A stretch of DNA of 20,000 nucleotides. Source: Gonapodya sp. JEL0774 (lineage: Eukaryota). The notes below the pieces were generated by a model. It saw only the letters and a program-made list of their open reading frames with translations, made no database searches and was not told where the DNA came from. The translations under genes were made by a program, and so were the position numbers. Shown piece by piece: positions 1 through 12,682 of this stretch (position 1 is its first letter; every line of letters starts with the position of its first letter). The stretch covers positions 181,028 through 201,027 of the forward strand of contig JADIIX010000024.1 in NCBI GenBank assembly GCA_027604505.1, given 5' to 3'.

Positions 1-4
1 CCAT

Positions 5-1438
5 ATGGCAGACACTCTGAGAGAATTTGCAGGGGGCACAGTAGGAGGGTGGGCACAAGTTCTGGTTGGCCATGTGAGCGTCATTGTTCACTTTTTAATC
101 GTTTTTACTATCCATAACTTGGTTTCTGCGAAAAATTCCTCGCAATCGTTGAACTGGATCCGTCTTCACCTAGCCGTTCGATACAATCAAAGTCCGAATT
201 CAGACCAACAACCAGTATCGAAACGCATTACACGCACTGACCGATACCCTTAAAAATGAGGGGGTGAGATTGCTGTGACTTCTTACTCCGCGAGCCGCTG
301 GGACGGGCGGCTTGATATTTACCAACTCTCGTCTTAACATTGTTGCTCAACCCCGAAAATTTCGAAGCCCCAAGCACTGTACAAAGGGGTCACATCTCCA
401 ATTATCGGAATCGGTCTCGTGTGAGCTCATGGTTTTGTTCCTGCACATTACAACATCGGATCAATACTGTCAAATCCACAGCAACGCCGTTATATTCTCC
501 TTCTACGGCAAAATACGTCGATTAATCAACCCTGACTACCCAAACTCACCTCTTACATCCGCTCAAACATTCTATGCCGGACTCGCAACCGGGACCGCCA
601 CCGCTTTTGTCAACGCGCCAGTCGAACATTTGAAAATTCGTCTACAAACACAGTATGGATCACGTGGATCCGCCAATACTGTTAATAATGGTGGTGTTGC
701 CCCCCAAACTCTTCGATCTCTTACCGCCCATCTGGTGCGAACGCGCGGGGTCTCCTCGCTCTTTCGTGGGCTGGGCGTGACGGTGGTTCGGGACACCCCG
801 TCGTTCGCCTTTTACTTTTGGTCGTATGAAATGGTCACGAAGGCCCTTGAAACTCGAGCTGCTAGAGTGAGTGGGGCACCAAGGGAACTGAATGTCGCCG
901 AGCTCATTCTGGCTGGTGGAACTGCGTGAGTCCACCTCGACGACTTTCTCGATCAAAACATTTGACTGAATCAACACTTGGAAAGTGGCATCTGCTGTTG
1001 GCTACCTTGCATTCCTCAAGATGTCGTCAAGAGCAGGTTGGTACAAAATCGGCGAGCCCGGAGTTTAACATCCTCTGATCTACTACTACTGTCCCCCTTT
1101 TGTGCCCAGATTTCAGGCCAACTACAACTACAGCTCTTCGTTAGAGGTAGTGCGGGATGTCTATGCCAGGAAGGGGATTGGAGGTTTTTTCAAAGGTGTA
1201 GGCCCTACTCGTGAGTACTCAATGGAGGATTCGGGCAAGGAATAGCAAATCCATTCGTGAAAATTGGTTCTCTACTTACTCACATGTGATATGTGAAACT
1301 CAATGTTGCTTTGACGCATGCTCGCCCCCTAACACAGTTGTTCGCGCATTCCCCGCCAATGCTGCAACATTCCTCGCGTACGAAATGACAATGAGACGAA
1401 TTGCACCTGGCCGTCATGGACGAAGTGAATGGAACTGA
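5..1438 (+). CDS. Mitochondrial carrier family (SLC25) protein, amino-acid/carnitine carrier type (YMC1/CRC1/SLC25A29-like), ~302 aa, 7 exons
   Basis: Exons 5-73, 174-263, 368-420, 482-925, 986-1036, 1110-1210, 1338-1438 join in frame through GT-AG introns (909 nt). Three Px[DE]xx[KR]xR signatures: PFDTIKVR, PVEHLKIR, PQDVVKSR. Matrix-helix motifs LYKG, LFRG, FFKG. Contact points RDTPSFAFYF and RAFPANAATF are typical of amino-acid/carnitine carriers. Substrate not determinable. Confidence 0.95.
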
Positions 1439-1661
1439 GTCGAAAATGTAATTATTGGTGGATGGTTTTTGAGCTTCTGCGATACAGTACTATCATCGTC
1501 GGGCTTAACGGCCCTGCATGTACCCTATAGATAGACTTTCTATTGTAGCAATTTCTTAGAGCGGATTCCATACGCATGAATGGAGTAACGGCAAGGGGCG
1601 GACCCGATTGATTAGTTTCTCTGCACCAACATTGCGAGCAAGTTTTCACCCATCGAGTGGA

Positions 1662-3013
1662 ATGAATGTTTCAACCACGGACACCGACATCAGCTCGGCA
1701 GAGAGAGTGCAGCGATGCGTCGACTTCATATTCAACGCCCATGCTTCCCGATCGCCTTGCTTCATTGGGGACATTCTCGACCATTCATTCGCAAAAAATC
1801 TGTCGTACACTGAAGCTTATGAGATCCAACGATTACTAGGTGCTCGGATGACACCTAAACTGGGAAACGTGGTAGGATTTAAGGTTGGAGCAACCACACC
1901 AGGAATGCAGCGTCATCTCCATGTCTCGTACCCCATGCCTGGCGTCATGCACGAGTCTCGTGTTTTTGCGTGCGAGTCCTTGGATTCCGAATGCACAACA
2001 GCAGTCCCTCTCGCGCTATCTCGAGCGTCATTCAATGGGCCGTCCGTGGAATGTGAGATTCTCGTCCGCCTCGGCCCGAAACCACTAGACGCTCGTGGAA
2101 GATGGGATCCATCTGTTCCCGATCGACGCCTCACTCTCGAGGAGGTCCTCGCATCTTTGGAAGCGGTCTGGACCGCTGCCGAGCTTGTGGACGACAGATA
2201 CGGTGGTGACATTGCTGGTGAGGATAATTGGAAGAGGGATGGAATGCAGCCTGTAATGGTATGTTGAATGTTATTGAACCTCTTTTGTCGCCGCAGGGTG
2301 GTTGGGCAGGGCAAGAGGAGGTCTAACCACATGTAGAGGTCTCCGCGGAGAGAGGGAGAGGGGACATTCAACTTTAACTTCTGTCTATCATCTGGATGGC
2401 TAGCTTCTCTATGCTCTCATTGGAACTTGGAATGCGGTTGTGCACATTGGAAAGGACAGCTCGCCCACTCCGCTCTACAAATTTGGACGACGCCGGTTCT
2501 CCGTAGTCTAACTTGTTTGTGAGCTCTCATACAATCTGTCGTTTCTCCGCATCGGCCATATAGGTTGCCGATTCCTTTTTCCATTGGGCATGCCTCCGTT
2601 CGCCCAAATCAATGCCGGCCTCATCTCTGTCCGTCTCCTCATTCCCTTCACTAACTGGCCATGTATCTCTTAATGGAGTTGTCGTGCAATCTGGGACAGG
2701 AGTTGGGGTGATGGGCAATCCACTTGAGAGCGTGAGATATATGGCTGAGTTTCTGGCAAGGGAAAGAAACGAAGTGCTCCCAGAAAGATTTTGGGTGTCT
2801 ACAGGGTCTGTGGTGAGTACCGAAGAGGGAAAGGGAATATACTCCAGTTACGGTTATGGATGCCATTTGCTCCCCCTGTAAATGGTCTCATAACTCATTG
2901 CACCTCCGTCATTATTTTTTGGTTCCCAGACCATGCCCGTACTTCCAAAAGCTGGTGACTCACTACGTGTTTGGTTTGATGGTTTGCCTGGCGAGGTCCA
3001 AATCACTTACTGA
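1662..3013 (+). CDS. 2-keto-4-pentenoate hydratase-like enzyme (MhpD/HpcG class, fumarylacetoacetate hydrolase superfamily), ~309 aa, 3 exons
   Basis: Exons 1662-2258, 2564-2812, 2930-3013; both introns phase 0 (GTATGT..TAG, GTGAGT..CAG). Motifs in family order: AYEIQ, GFKVGATT..MQ, VECEI (ExE metal ligands), AAELVDDRY, VADSFF, VMGNPL, VSTGS, GDSLRVWFDGL. Confidence 0.88.
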
Positions 3014-3243
3014 TCGCTTCTCACTCTATGCGAATGCGGTTTATGTTCCTGGTGTAGAGCATTGTACCCGATTATATCCGTACTAAGCAGCATTGAATAA
3101 AGAATTGGTATTACGTTCAGAGTTATTGCAATACATATTCTCGGTTCACTTCACGGTGACAAATGATGGTGTGTAGCCCGGAGAGCAGACCACCTAACGC
3201 TTTGGACCGCGAGACGCGTAAACAGCCGCAGGAAATCTGCGCA

Positions 3244-6200
3244 ATGAGTAACAGCGGCAGTGGAAGACTTGTGGAATTCTTTTTCATCGTCGGGCTGGAG
3301 GAGAATGCTGACTTAGAGAGGGATGGGCAGCTTCACGAGAATGCAGTTGAGAGCAAGCGTGGAGCAGGCCTCGGACATAGCAATTCAAGATTGGACTGGC
3401 AGCATAAGGGAACAAGTAAAGCAGCAGTCGGTGCCGCGGGCGGAACAGAGGCAGGCTCAGTTATGGCTACTCAAAATCGACACTCTCCAAACCGGAAGAT
3501 TCCCTCTACAACACAGCTTTCTTCAGCGCTCAACTCACGCGTATTAGATCCGCGCAGAGCATCTACACCTGAGTTGGCTTCTTCTCTGCCCGAGCCTTCC
3601 CCTCACGATCTAGCATTGCGTACCGCGTCTATACAATCTCGTGCTCCTTCTGTCGCCTCTCTTCGGCACAAACAACCTTTATTTCGATCTTCTATTGCCG
3701 GTCTCCCTCCTCTTCCCGCTGCACCACGAGGTCTTTACTCCCCTCAGGAAGCACTTGCCTCTGCCGTTTTGTCCGACACTGACAAGCCTCTTCCGAATAC
3801 GCCACTATCAATGTCACTGGTGGCGACTCCACCCGAATCAAATGTACCACCACCGCCGTTGCCCCCACGCAGGTCTTATCCTGTCTCATCTCCAGCGAAG
3901 TACGCTCAATCCGCTACCCAACTTTCGCACCTCACGAGTGCTGAGCTTGCTCAGTTCACTCTACCCAATACAACCCACAATATCTCTGCTTCTAATGTTT
4001 CGAATGCTCTATCCACTGCTCTTCCATCCGGCGTGCCTCACCACCCAACCGAACTCTTATTTGAACCTCAACTCCTCTGCCGATATCCTCAGGCAGCTCC
4101 CTTATCCCACTTCTCGGACAGCGCACACGCCGTAACTTCTACCCAAACAGGTCGTAGTGCTGATATCTCCGACAGAGCAGACTTTCCTCAGTGGGTGCCC
4201 ATGGTTAGTTCTGCTCCCTGCCATGGTTTAAAACGATAGCGCAGTGCCCGCGCGGACTGCTTGCGGAATGTCAAATTTGCTCAAAGGACGAAGAAATTCC
4301 TTGCACTGAAGAGTATTGCCAGAAGAGGTTACTTACTCTTCGTTCCCGTTGCGATATGGAGTTTTCGGTGGTTATCGGCGAACTTTGAAAAGGTTCTGCC
4401 ATATTGGATACAGTTGCTTGTTTGTGCAATGTCCATTGCGAGTATCACAGTGTACTGATTAAGTGGCTGACCTGCCTTCCTCACATTACGTTCCCCCATA
4501 CCTGCGGGGTGTGTCACGCCTCTAGTTTTGTTTTCCGAACTCGTTACGCCTCGCCTACTCCCCTACTGGACCGCCGCCACCTACGTGGCATTCGTTTGTG
4601 AGTGCTCGAGTGGATCGAAACTCGAAACTCTGGTCATCACCATCCGCCATTTCTCTGCAGATACTCACTGATGATCATGCTCGCCGTCTTCACGGTGTGT
4701 GTGCAACTGTTTGGGAACCTCTGCGGGGTCGAATGCGGGATCAGTGTGAAGAGATGTGTGCGATGTGGAGACGAACGGCGATGGTGAGTGGTGGTTGGAG
4801 TCGGAAGATTTCTTGACCGGACAGGATGTGTCTCGGATTCGCATGTGTCTATCATCTTGGAGCAACGGGGACTGTGTTTTCATACTTTGTATTTGCCCAT
4901 GCTCCAGACGGCCTCCGACCTCGAGTACGTCTCGTCCATCCGCCATCAGCATTCAATCCATGCCGCCAACCTCTCGTCTCTCCGTGCAACACTCGCTGCC
5001 CTTCCACCTGCCGTCCGCACTGCGCGCCAGTATTCAACTTCACCATCAGCACCCACGATTGGAGGGAAGTTCACAGATTTGTCCTTGCTCGCCCGCCGCC
5101 GAGATCTGCTCCAATCTATCTCCGAAGCAGAAGAGCGGTGCGAGTTGTATGCGAGCTTGGTGCGCGATCTAGGACCAGTGGGTGGTGTGGACGAAGTGTA
5201 CTTGCCAGTTTGTGTGGGTGTCTTGAGCGAGGGTGGGTGGTGGGATGCCATGAAAGATTGGGTTGCGGGATATGTGAAGGGTGTGAAGGAGAAGGGTTGG
5301 GGGGTTGGGATCGAGAGGTGAGTTCAGTTGGTGGACCGACGGCATACCAATGCGTAACGTTGTTTGGGCACCACTGTATTGAATGTTGGACCAGGCTGGT
5401 GTCCAACTTGATTCACGAAATACCATCTCCTCCACCTGGCAAGTTTGAAGTTGCATTCTCTCCATTTCCGGGTTTGAAGGTGGACCTGTACGTCAGCAGG
5501 CCACCTTTGAATAGGGGCAGTGCTGTAAAAAATGTGAGTGGTTCTATTCTAGGACATCCCGCTATACCCCTGTGGTGATCTTTCAATACGATTGCCTTCC
5601 CAACTTGCTCTTTTGTTCTGAAATCCGAAGTTCTCTCTCTATCCCACACTCCGTCACCTGTCGCCTCCGACCCTTCTTCTCCTCCTCGAATGTCTCCTTC
5701 TCGAACGTCGTATCTTGCTCCTCTCCAACATACCTTCCCTCCTAACCCACGTCGCCTCGACTTTGTTTTTGCTAATGTACCCATTTCGGTGGGACTGGCC
5801 TTGCTTTCCTCTCTTACCCGCTCGGCTGAGGGATGTACTCGCAGCACCAGTGCCTTGGGTTGCTGGAATGGTGAAGGAAGGCAGTGATTGGGAGAGGAGT
5901 AACGGTAAGGAAGAGAAGTTATCGAAGAAGCCTAAATGGATTTTTGGTGAGGGAGAAGAGAGGGTGGTTCCTGAGGAGGTGTGTTAATTGTGGTTTGAGA
6001 TCGTATTGTCGTGAATGATGAATATTGTCATTGTTTCCTTTTCACTCCTCCCCACTCTAAAACTACTCCTTGCCACAAACTCCGGTCAACGCGCACAACC
6101 AATGTGGTTGCCACCCAAGGCAATTGTTGTCGATCTTGATTCATGCACTGTCCACATCCACCCTGCTCATCCGCCCGTCGCACACTTACCGATTCGTATT

Positions 6201-9200
6201 CGGAAAAAATTTCTTGACACCATCGCCCGGTGTGCACCAATCGTCTGTTCTTCTGTGAATGCGAACACGTCCGTTGGTTCCGCAAATTCGCCGCTCGCGC
6301 AACCTTCGGTGCCCGCTTTTCGTTTGAAAGCACCTCTGTATATGCGGGAGCTGCTGCCGAAAGGCAAGTTTGTACCCCTTTCTTCGCGGTCGGTAGTCAA
6401 ATACCGCGAAGAACGAATGAGGGCCGCACAAGCGGCTCGGTACTTAGCTCTCGATGGGGTCGTTCGCAAAGGATCCTACGACGAAGCAAAGGGTCTGGGA
6501 CTCAGGCAAGCTGGCAGATCCCACAGTAAAGCGGTGTCTGCGTCGCTCAGACAAGGTAGTGGTTCTGCGACAACAGTCGAAAATGCCGCCCACGGTGTGT
6601 TTGTTACGGAAACGGCGACCCCGAAGATGCGACTGCCGGATGGTCGCGCAGCATCCATTGCCATAACGGCGAGCGCAATCACTCCTGGTTCCAATGCAAC
6701 CACATTGCCGTCTGGGAGTTCCTCACCCGCCACTGGATCGACACCCGTTGTTTCTTCTGCGGGAACGTGTCCGTCTGCGATATCCACACCAGCTCTCTCT
6801 TCGATCGGTGTGTCCCCCGCGACCGGATCCGCGCCTTCTGTGTCCTTGTCACCCAGCACTTATCCAAGACCACCGCAAACTCCTCCCAATCCGTCATCAC
6901 CCAACAAACGCCATAGGTTCTCAGGCTCTCGTTTGTCTCTCGCGCGACAGACGAGTACCGGGAGTCTCACCCCTGGGGTTGATACCCCCAGCAACGGGTC
7001 TTCTGATCGCATTCTTGATGCCGCGAGAATCAGAGAGTCAACACAAGTGTCCGGATTGGTCAGGGAAACAAATTCTGCTTTGTTTGATTTTGGGGAGCAC
7101 GTGACTTTGAAGTTGGACTTGGGCTTGGATCCCCTTCGAGAGATGCAAGGAGGCAGCGGCAAATCACTAACAGACGAAAGTTACCTCTTAAATCCTGGAA
7201 CATCATCTTTGCCATGGCCCAGTGTAACGCCGGAAGGGGATCCCAGGACAATCCCCTCGGGTCAAGCTCCGAACCCACGGGGTTCCGTCGGAGGGATCAC
7301 ATTATCAGAAGGGTCACGAACCGAAGCACTTCCGACTCAATCGTCTCCATCATCGCCCAACAAAGGCGATGCGGCATGGGATTTATCCCCATCCACCGTC
7401 AAATCGGTAAGTTGGGATTCCTCTTGTGCGAACACGCTGGCATTGCACTATACCAACCTGCGCTCGCTGCATCACATTCAGTCGCCTTCTTCTGCGTTCG
7501 ATGGTATTCGAATCCTTTTTCAAAGTCCATCTACCGTTGAATCTCCAGAACGTGGGAGTTTCAGGGGATTGTTTGCAAAGGTATGACGAAATGTAATAGA
7601 TCAATTTGGAACTGTGGACTTAATCAGAGTCCTTAGTCTGCAAATCTCACTGTTCCTGATATGCAAACCGATACTGCTTCCATCGCATCTATGTCTTCTG
7701 TTAATACGGATGCCAGTACTCTCGGAAAGTTTGCGTCTGGTGCTTCCGTCTCTAACCTCTCCGTCACAAGCACCGACAGTGCATTTTCCAGATTTCGACG
7801 AAAAGTGATGAACTTCGGCAAGTTTTCTCGACAGGACGGAGAGACCGACGGGATGCGAGCTCCCGGGATGAGGATGAGTCAGTCTTTGTCAGTTCGGGAC
7901 GGTGCCGCTGGAAAATCATCCATGGCTTCACGGCTCTCTTCACTGAGATCGGATTCAGGAGAAGACCCGAATCCAGAAGAGACCGCAAATAGATATAGCC
8001 TCTCCACAGACGTGACCAGTGTTTATCGGAGCCATGATGGATCGCTTTCGTCTCTGCGATCCGGAAACTCTGCCCGAGATCACGAACCAACATTAGGGGC
8101 AGCCCTTGATAGAAGTACCTCATTGCCAAGACAAGTCTCCACTGCTCGCGAGGCCGTTGGTCACTTCCTTTGCCAGTACGACGGGGTCCGTGGTGACGGT
8201 GATTTACATATGACGGGGAACGAGCTGATCAGCTCTGAGCTAAAAACTAAATCCCAATCACCAAACTCTGCGTCTGCGACGGACCCAGACTCTCCTGCAA
8301 CCACTGTGATGAAGTCACTTGTTACTGGATGGCACAAAACGGTGTGCGAACTGTGTTACTTGCCACTAGCTGCAGGTGGCACATCGTCGCTTCAATGCGA
8401 AGGTGAGTTTCATGAATGGCTGCCGTTCAGGTTACTTATATAGTGTTTATGTTTCAGATTGTCATTTTGTGTGTCATGATGAGTGCGTTGATCTTTTGGA
8501 ATGTCGACCCTGCCCAGCGAGGTTTAAGGAGGCCAGAATTCAAGACGCTGCTCTCCGTATTTTCACATCTTTGCTGAAAAATTATCGAGCTTACCTCGTC
8601 CGACCTGCAGAAGAACGGGAGCGGTCTTATTCACAGAAGCGGAACTCGCTTGATTATCTATCGAGGGCTGCTGCTACGGGTCCAAGCGATGTCGACAGGG
8701 AATTCGCGACAGTGGAGTACTTCAAGAAGCATGACTTTCTTGAATCTGTCGAGATGGACTCAACGGTACGCGCTTGTTTCACGTGTCGCGTTGTGCCGCT
8801 TTTACGTATAACATTATGCATGGACTCGATCGAAAGACATTTCTCGCGCATTTCATCGAAACCCAATCGTTCAATCAATTCTGTGAGGAGAGAGTGCAGA
8901 GACCGCCTTCGGACAATGAAGTTCTGTTTTTTGATGAGGCCATCAAAGAGAAACTGAACCGATCTCGTATGAAACTTCAAAAAGATGAAACTCCTTTTCT
9001 GAAGGTGAAAGTAGGACATGAATCAAGCGATTAGAAGAATCTCACCCTTTTCTTTTAGGATCCGAAATTCGAGATTCGCGAGATCGTTCGTGCGTTATCG
9101 CCGGACCCGGAAGGTATTGAAGCAGGTGAGTGTTGAAGGTTAGCGCTAGGACTTGAAAGAGTGTCAGCAATGTTACTGTCAGTTACAGAGTATGAGCATT

Positions 9201-10043
9201 TTCCGACAAGATTGAACCTTAAAATGATGAAGAATCCACGAGCGGTTACACCAGTTGTCAGTGAAACTGAAATCGCGGAGCTCCGTGCTCACGCAAACGA
9301 AATTGTACACCAGTCACGACTCCAGGTCATCTTGGTTAGTTGCTTTGATTTCCGAACTCAAGGAGTCGTCTTCGGTATATTTACCGAATATCGTGTACAC
9401 AGAGGCGCAAACAGGACTTTGGATTTTGGTTCAGAACAAAAATGAAGCACTTGAGTGCGAATGAAAATGGAACTGTTCTTGATGTGACTAATCTTACCGC
9501 GGACGAGAAAAAGTTCGTTTATGGATCGAAAATGAATTTGATCGTACCAGTCACTTATTTTATGCCGTTATTGCGTGCTGATCAGATTCGTATTCAACCA
9601 ACGTTTACGGGAGATTTGCTCGGTAATCAAACGGTTGTCTCCGTGCAAGGATATAGACTCCAAGAATGTCCAGCAGCTCGGCCAAATTCTGCAAGAGCTC
9701 TACATTCATAATGATGTTCTCATGAGACTTGCTGACGATGGTCTAGTCGATTCGTGAGTCACTAGTGCTTTAGAGTCTCGTTTGTGGATTCTCACCAAAG
9801 CTCTACAGAACTTCTGAGCGCGATTTTGCTGCGGTTTGCGCATCAATGGTCAAGTGCATAGCTATCTACGACGAAAGGAGGAGCTTCATGGTCGATGGAG
9901 CAGAGTCGGCAGTACAAAGGCGATCATTCGAGAGCCCTACACTTCCTCGCTTCTCGTTCGAACGGTCACCAAGCTCGCCAATTAGAGTGAGCGCTCTTTC
10001 ACTGGACTCAGAGAGTAGTGAGGGTCAGGACGCGATCGCGTAG
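3244..10043 (+). CDS. DENN-domain protein (putative Rab GEF): uDENN, cDENN, long S/P-rich linker, C1 zinc finger, dDENN; ~1828 aa, 15 exons
   Basis: Exons 3244-4203, 4526-4597, 4661-4783, 4908-5317, 5395-5533, 5631-5978, 6120-7580, 7637-8402, 8458-8765, 8837-9004, 9059-9125, 9183-9334, 9403-9512, 9586-9753, 9809-10043 join in frame. uDENN: LVEFFFIVG, LLCRYP, VPMFCFP, HSFILTD. cDENN: EIPSPPPG, LLLERRILLLS, LMYPFRW..PLLP..LAAPVPWVAG, IVVDLD. dDENN: LRIFTSLLKNYRAYL, FLAHFIETQSFNQFCEER, LFFDE. Upstream in-frame ATGs at 3163/3166 are alternative starts; a few junctions could shift by a few codons. Confidence 0.92.
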
Positions 10044-10082
10044 CTGAGGAAATGAAATCTGCAAATATGGAAACGAAATCTT

Positions 10083-10123
10083 GATATATACATTTTTATA
10101 TATATGCGCGGTTATACATGTAA
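10083..10123. terminator. TA-rich putative 3'-end formation region shared by convergent genes
   Basis: gatatatacatttttatatatatg...tatacatgta between the stops at 10043 (+) and 10253 (-); resembles fungal TATATA/TACATA efficiency elements. Confidence 0.35.
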
Positions 10124-10151
10124 TGAGTCTCGTGGAATGCTAGCAATCAGC

Positions 10152-10166
10152 AGAATCTTCTTGAAG
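10152..10166. promoter_or_regulatory. Perfect three-unit heat shock element (nGAAn nTTCn nGAAn), function unproven
   Basis: aGAAt cTTCt tGAAg in the 209-bp gap between the convergent DENN and HSF genes. Sequence match only. Confidence 0.3.
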
Positions 10167-10252
10167 TAGTGACTGCACCTTCACCGGATGCAATTCTTCC
10201 AGGGCAAACAAGTTGAGATAAGGCAAATTAGATTTACTTTAGTTGAATCCCA

Positions 10253-12551
10253 TTAGCTGAATCCCGTCTCACTGCGGCTCATTTTCCCTGGTCGGCTCGC
10301 ATCAGATGCTCCCAGCTCCGCTGCTCTCCGTTTGCGCGAAGGAGAATCTACACCACAAAGGGATCGAGAAGTCAGGGAGCCCGGGAGTGGTGGCAATGCA
10401 GATGACTGAGGTGGATACACTGGAGAGTATACAAACGTGGAGATTGGAGGAGCTAAGGCGCCAGTGGTAATCACGACTGTGGTATGTTGCAATGTCCCCG
10501 CAGATGTAACTTCGTTTCCCGCAAGGTCTCCATTGAAATCGTCTCTCACAGTCGGTTCAAAATCGAAGAACTGACTCATTCCATCGCCTCCGCTGAACGC
10601 AAGTCGATCGGGCTCTCGAGGTGGAGAAGAGTACGTTGAGCCTGAGCAGTCGTCCAATTGATCTGTTGTAGAATGCCCGCCATTAGACGCCTCGAGAGCT
10701 GTCGATTCCGAGACTGTTTTTCCAAGTAAACACTCGATATCTAGGAAAGAACGGCTTGCGTGTGATCAAAGCATTTCCAGAATACAGCCACACCCCACCT
10801 TTCCGAATTGCATGCATTTCCTCAAGAGCCTGCGTCACTATTGTATGGTGGGTCGTCTGCCTGTGCCAGAGTGTGGCGTGGGATTCTTCTTGAACTCGGT
10901 CCTTTTCATCCCGGCGATCTCTTTCGGCAGCAACGTCATTGCGCAAGGCAGCAATTTGAGCACGAAGCTCTGCGTTTTCGGCAGAAAGGGCGGCAACACG
11001 ACCCCCGTATTTGGCATCTATCTGACGTTCAATGTCGTGCGCGATAGTGGCCTTAATGTGAGCGAGGAACGTTGCCGGGTCCGCTGCAACTGGAACGGAT
11101 ACCACTGGATACTGTTGAGGGGTTGGGCAATTCGTTCCACTAACGGGAAGCAAAATGGGAGGGCTTGCCCGATGGCTGAAAGGAGATGGAGTTTGTGGAG
11201 TATCTTGATTTAACTCTGGTTGAGCTTGGGACGCGGACGTTTCGATGCGTTCTTTAAGCACATTGTGCGAGACTATATTGTGGGGCTTGGCGCTCATACT
11301 CGTGGCAGGCTTGCGAGAGACTTGGCTGCTCGGATCGGCGCCCGAATAAACTCTTTCCTCGAACAACGTGGGATGTCCAGCAAACTTCTTTTGGGTGCCA
11401 CTAGATTCTGTTGCCAGTTTTAGCACTGCCAACTGCGTTACTCTGGTGTCCAAGGGCAGAGCTTCTTTATCGGTACTGCGAGCCGATCCTTCAACAACGC
11501 TGTCTCGCATTTCGCAGTCCTTGTATTGACTGGCATTTGCCCGTTCGGGTTCTTGTTCGCGATGGATAAGAGGGAAGGTCCCAACGGACGGATTCAACAC
11601 AGGATTAGGAGAGTATATAGATGCAGCCATCCCCAAGCTGGTTACCGGGGCAACTCCGGATGCGGTCAACTCAGATCCAGGATTCTTTGAGCACGGTAGT
11701 GCACCGGACACGGACGAATTCGCCTCGTGAACCAGTCCGGCAGGTCCCACTGAGGAGCCACCAAAGGAGCCACTCGGAGACGTGGAAGTGGAGCCCGTGG
11801 ACGAGCCCGAAGACTGACTGATGGGCTTGGAAGGCTTCCGCTTGATGAGAAGCATCTCGTTCGGGTGGGAGCGACGAAAGCTAGGGTGGCTGAATTCCCA
11901 AATATCGGTACAGCTACCTACGTTTCATTCCAATCCGAGACGAATACGAAGTGAGGTACATGGTAGAACTTAATATGTGGTACGGTGACTCCCTCGCCAC
12001 TCACTCTTGTGAAAACCGTACATGTTCAACTGACGGACAAAGCTATGAAAATTGTTGTGTTTAAAGTATTGAGGTAGCACCAGTCTCGCAAACTCTGATG
12101 GAACGATTGCATTATGCAAATTGAGACCGCCCTCATTCCCCGTTCCCATGACCCACCGACGGTGTCCAGCACTTTGAAACGGTCACCGGTGTTCGCCCAC
12201 GCTATGAGATTGCACGAATTGGGATCTTCGAGGAGCCTGGAGGTAGAGGATAAAGAGGGGTTGGGAGTGCGCCGTGGAGACAAGTGAGAAGCAAAGCATG
12301 CCACAGAACTGGGGCGGAAAAAACCGGGCCCATACAGAAGCGATTCCTACGAACTGGAATAGCTTAGATATGAACGTTGACTGTGTGCCTCCGAAGCTCT
12401 TGCGTTCGCCACCGGATGGTGGTTGGTTTTGGGTCGTCACCAACGTCGGCATAGGATGAGGATTGAAAGGAGATGCGCTGGCGAGGCCCCGAGGACTGGC
12501 AGCTCGTTCATGCATATGAGGGAAATCGGGAGGGCTCTTGTGAGTTTGCAT
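10253..12551 (-). CDS. HSF-family (winged-helix) transcription factor, ~657 aa, 5 exons
   Basis: Exons 12551-12355, 12236-12157, 12094-12005, 11917-10799, 10740-10253 join in frame. DNA-binding domain: [73 protein letters not shown]. Distal heptad segment [21 protein letters not shown]; basic SRKRR near the C-terminus; no receiver domain seen. Confidence 0.93.
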
Positions 12552-12682
12552 CGGGTTGTGGTTGAATGTTTTGGATTATGGGAAAGACAATGCAGTGGAA
12601 GCACGCAGTGCGGCTTCGCCGATTACTTTTGGGAAACGGCGAAAGCCACCATTACAAAATACGGTTGTTACAATAACAAAGT

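Noticed and set aside
5..3013. Carrier plus hydratase as a functional metabolic cluster
   Set aside because: All genes here are equally tightly spaced, and the carrier has amino-acid/carnitine-type rather than keto-acid-type contact residues.
9508..9595. Intron start (gttcgttt) resembles the following exon start (attcgtat), hinting at intron origin by duplication
   Set aside because: The match is too short, and GTTCGT is also the donor of HSF intron 1, so it is an ordinary donor variant here.
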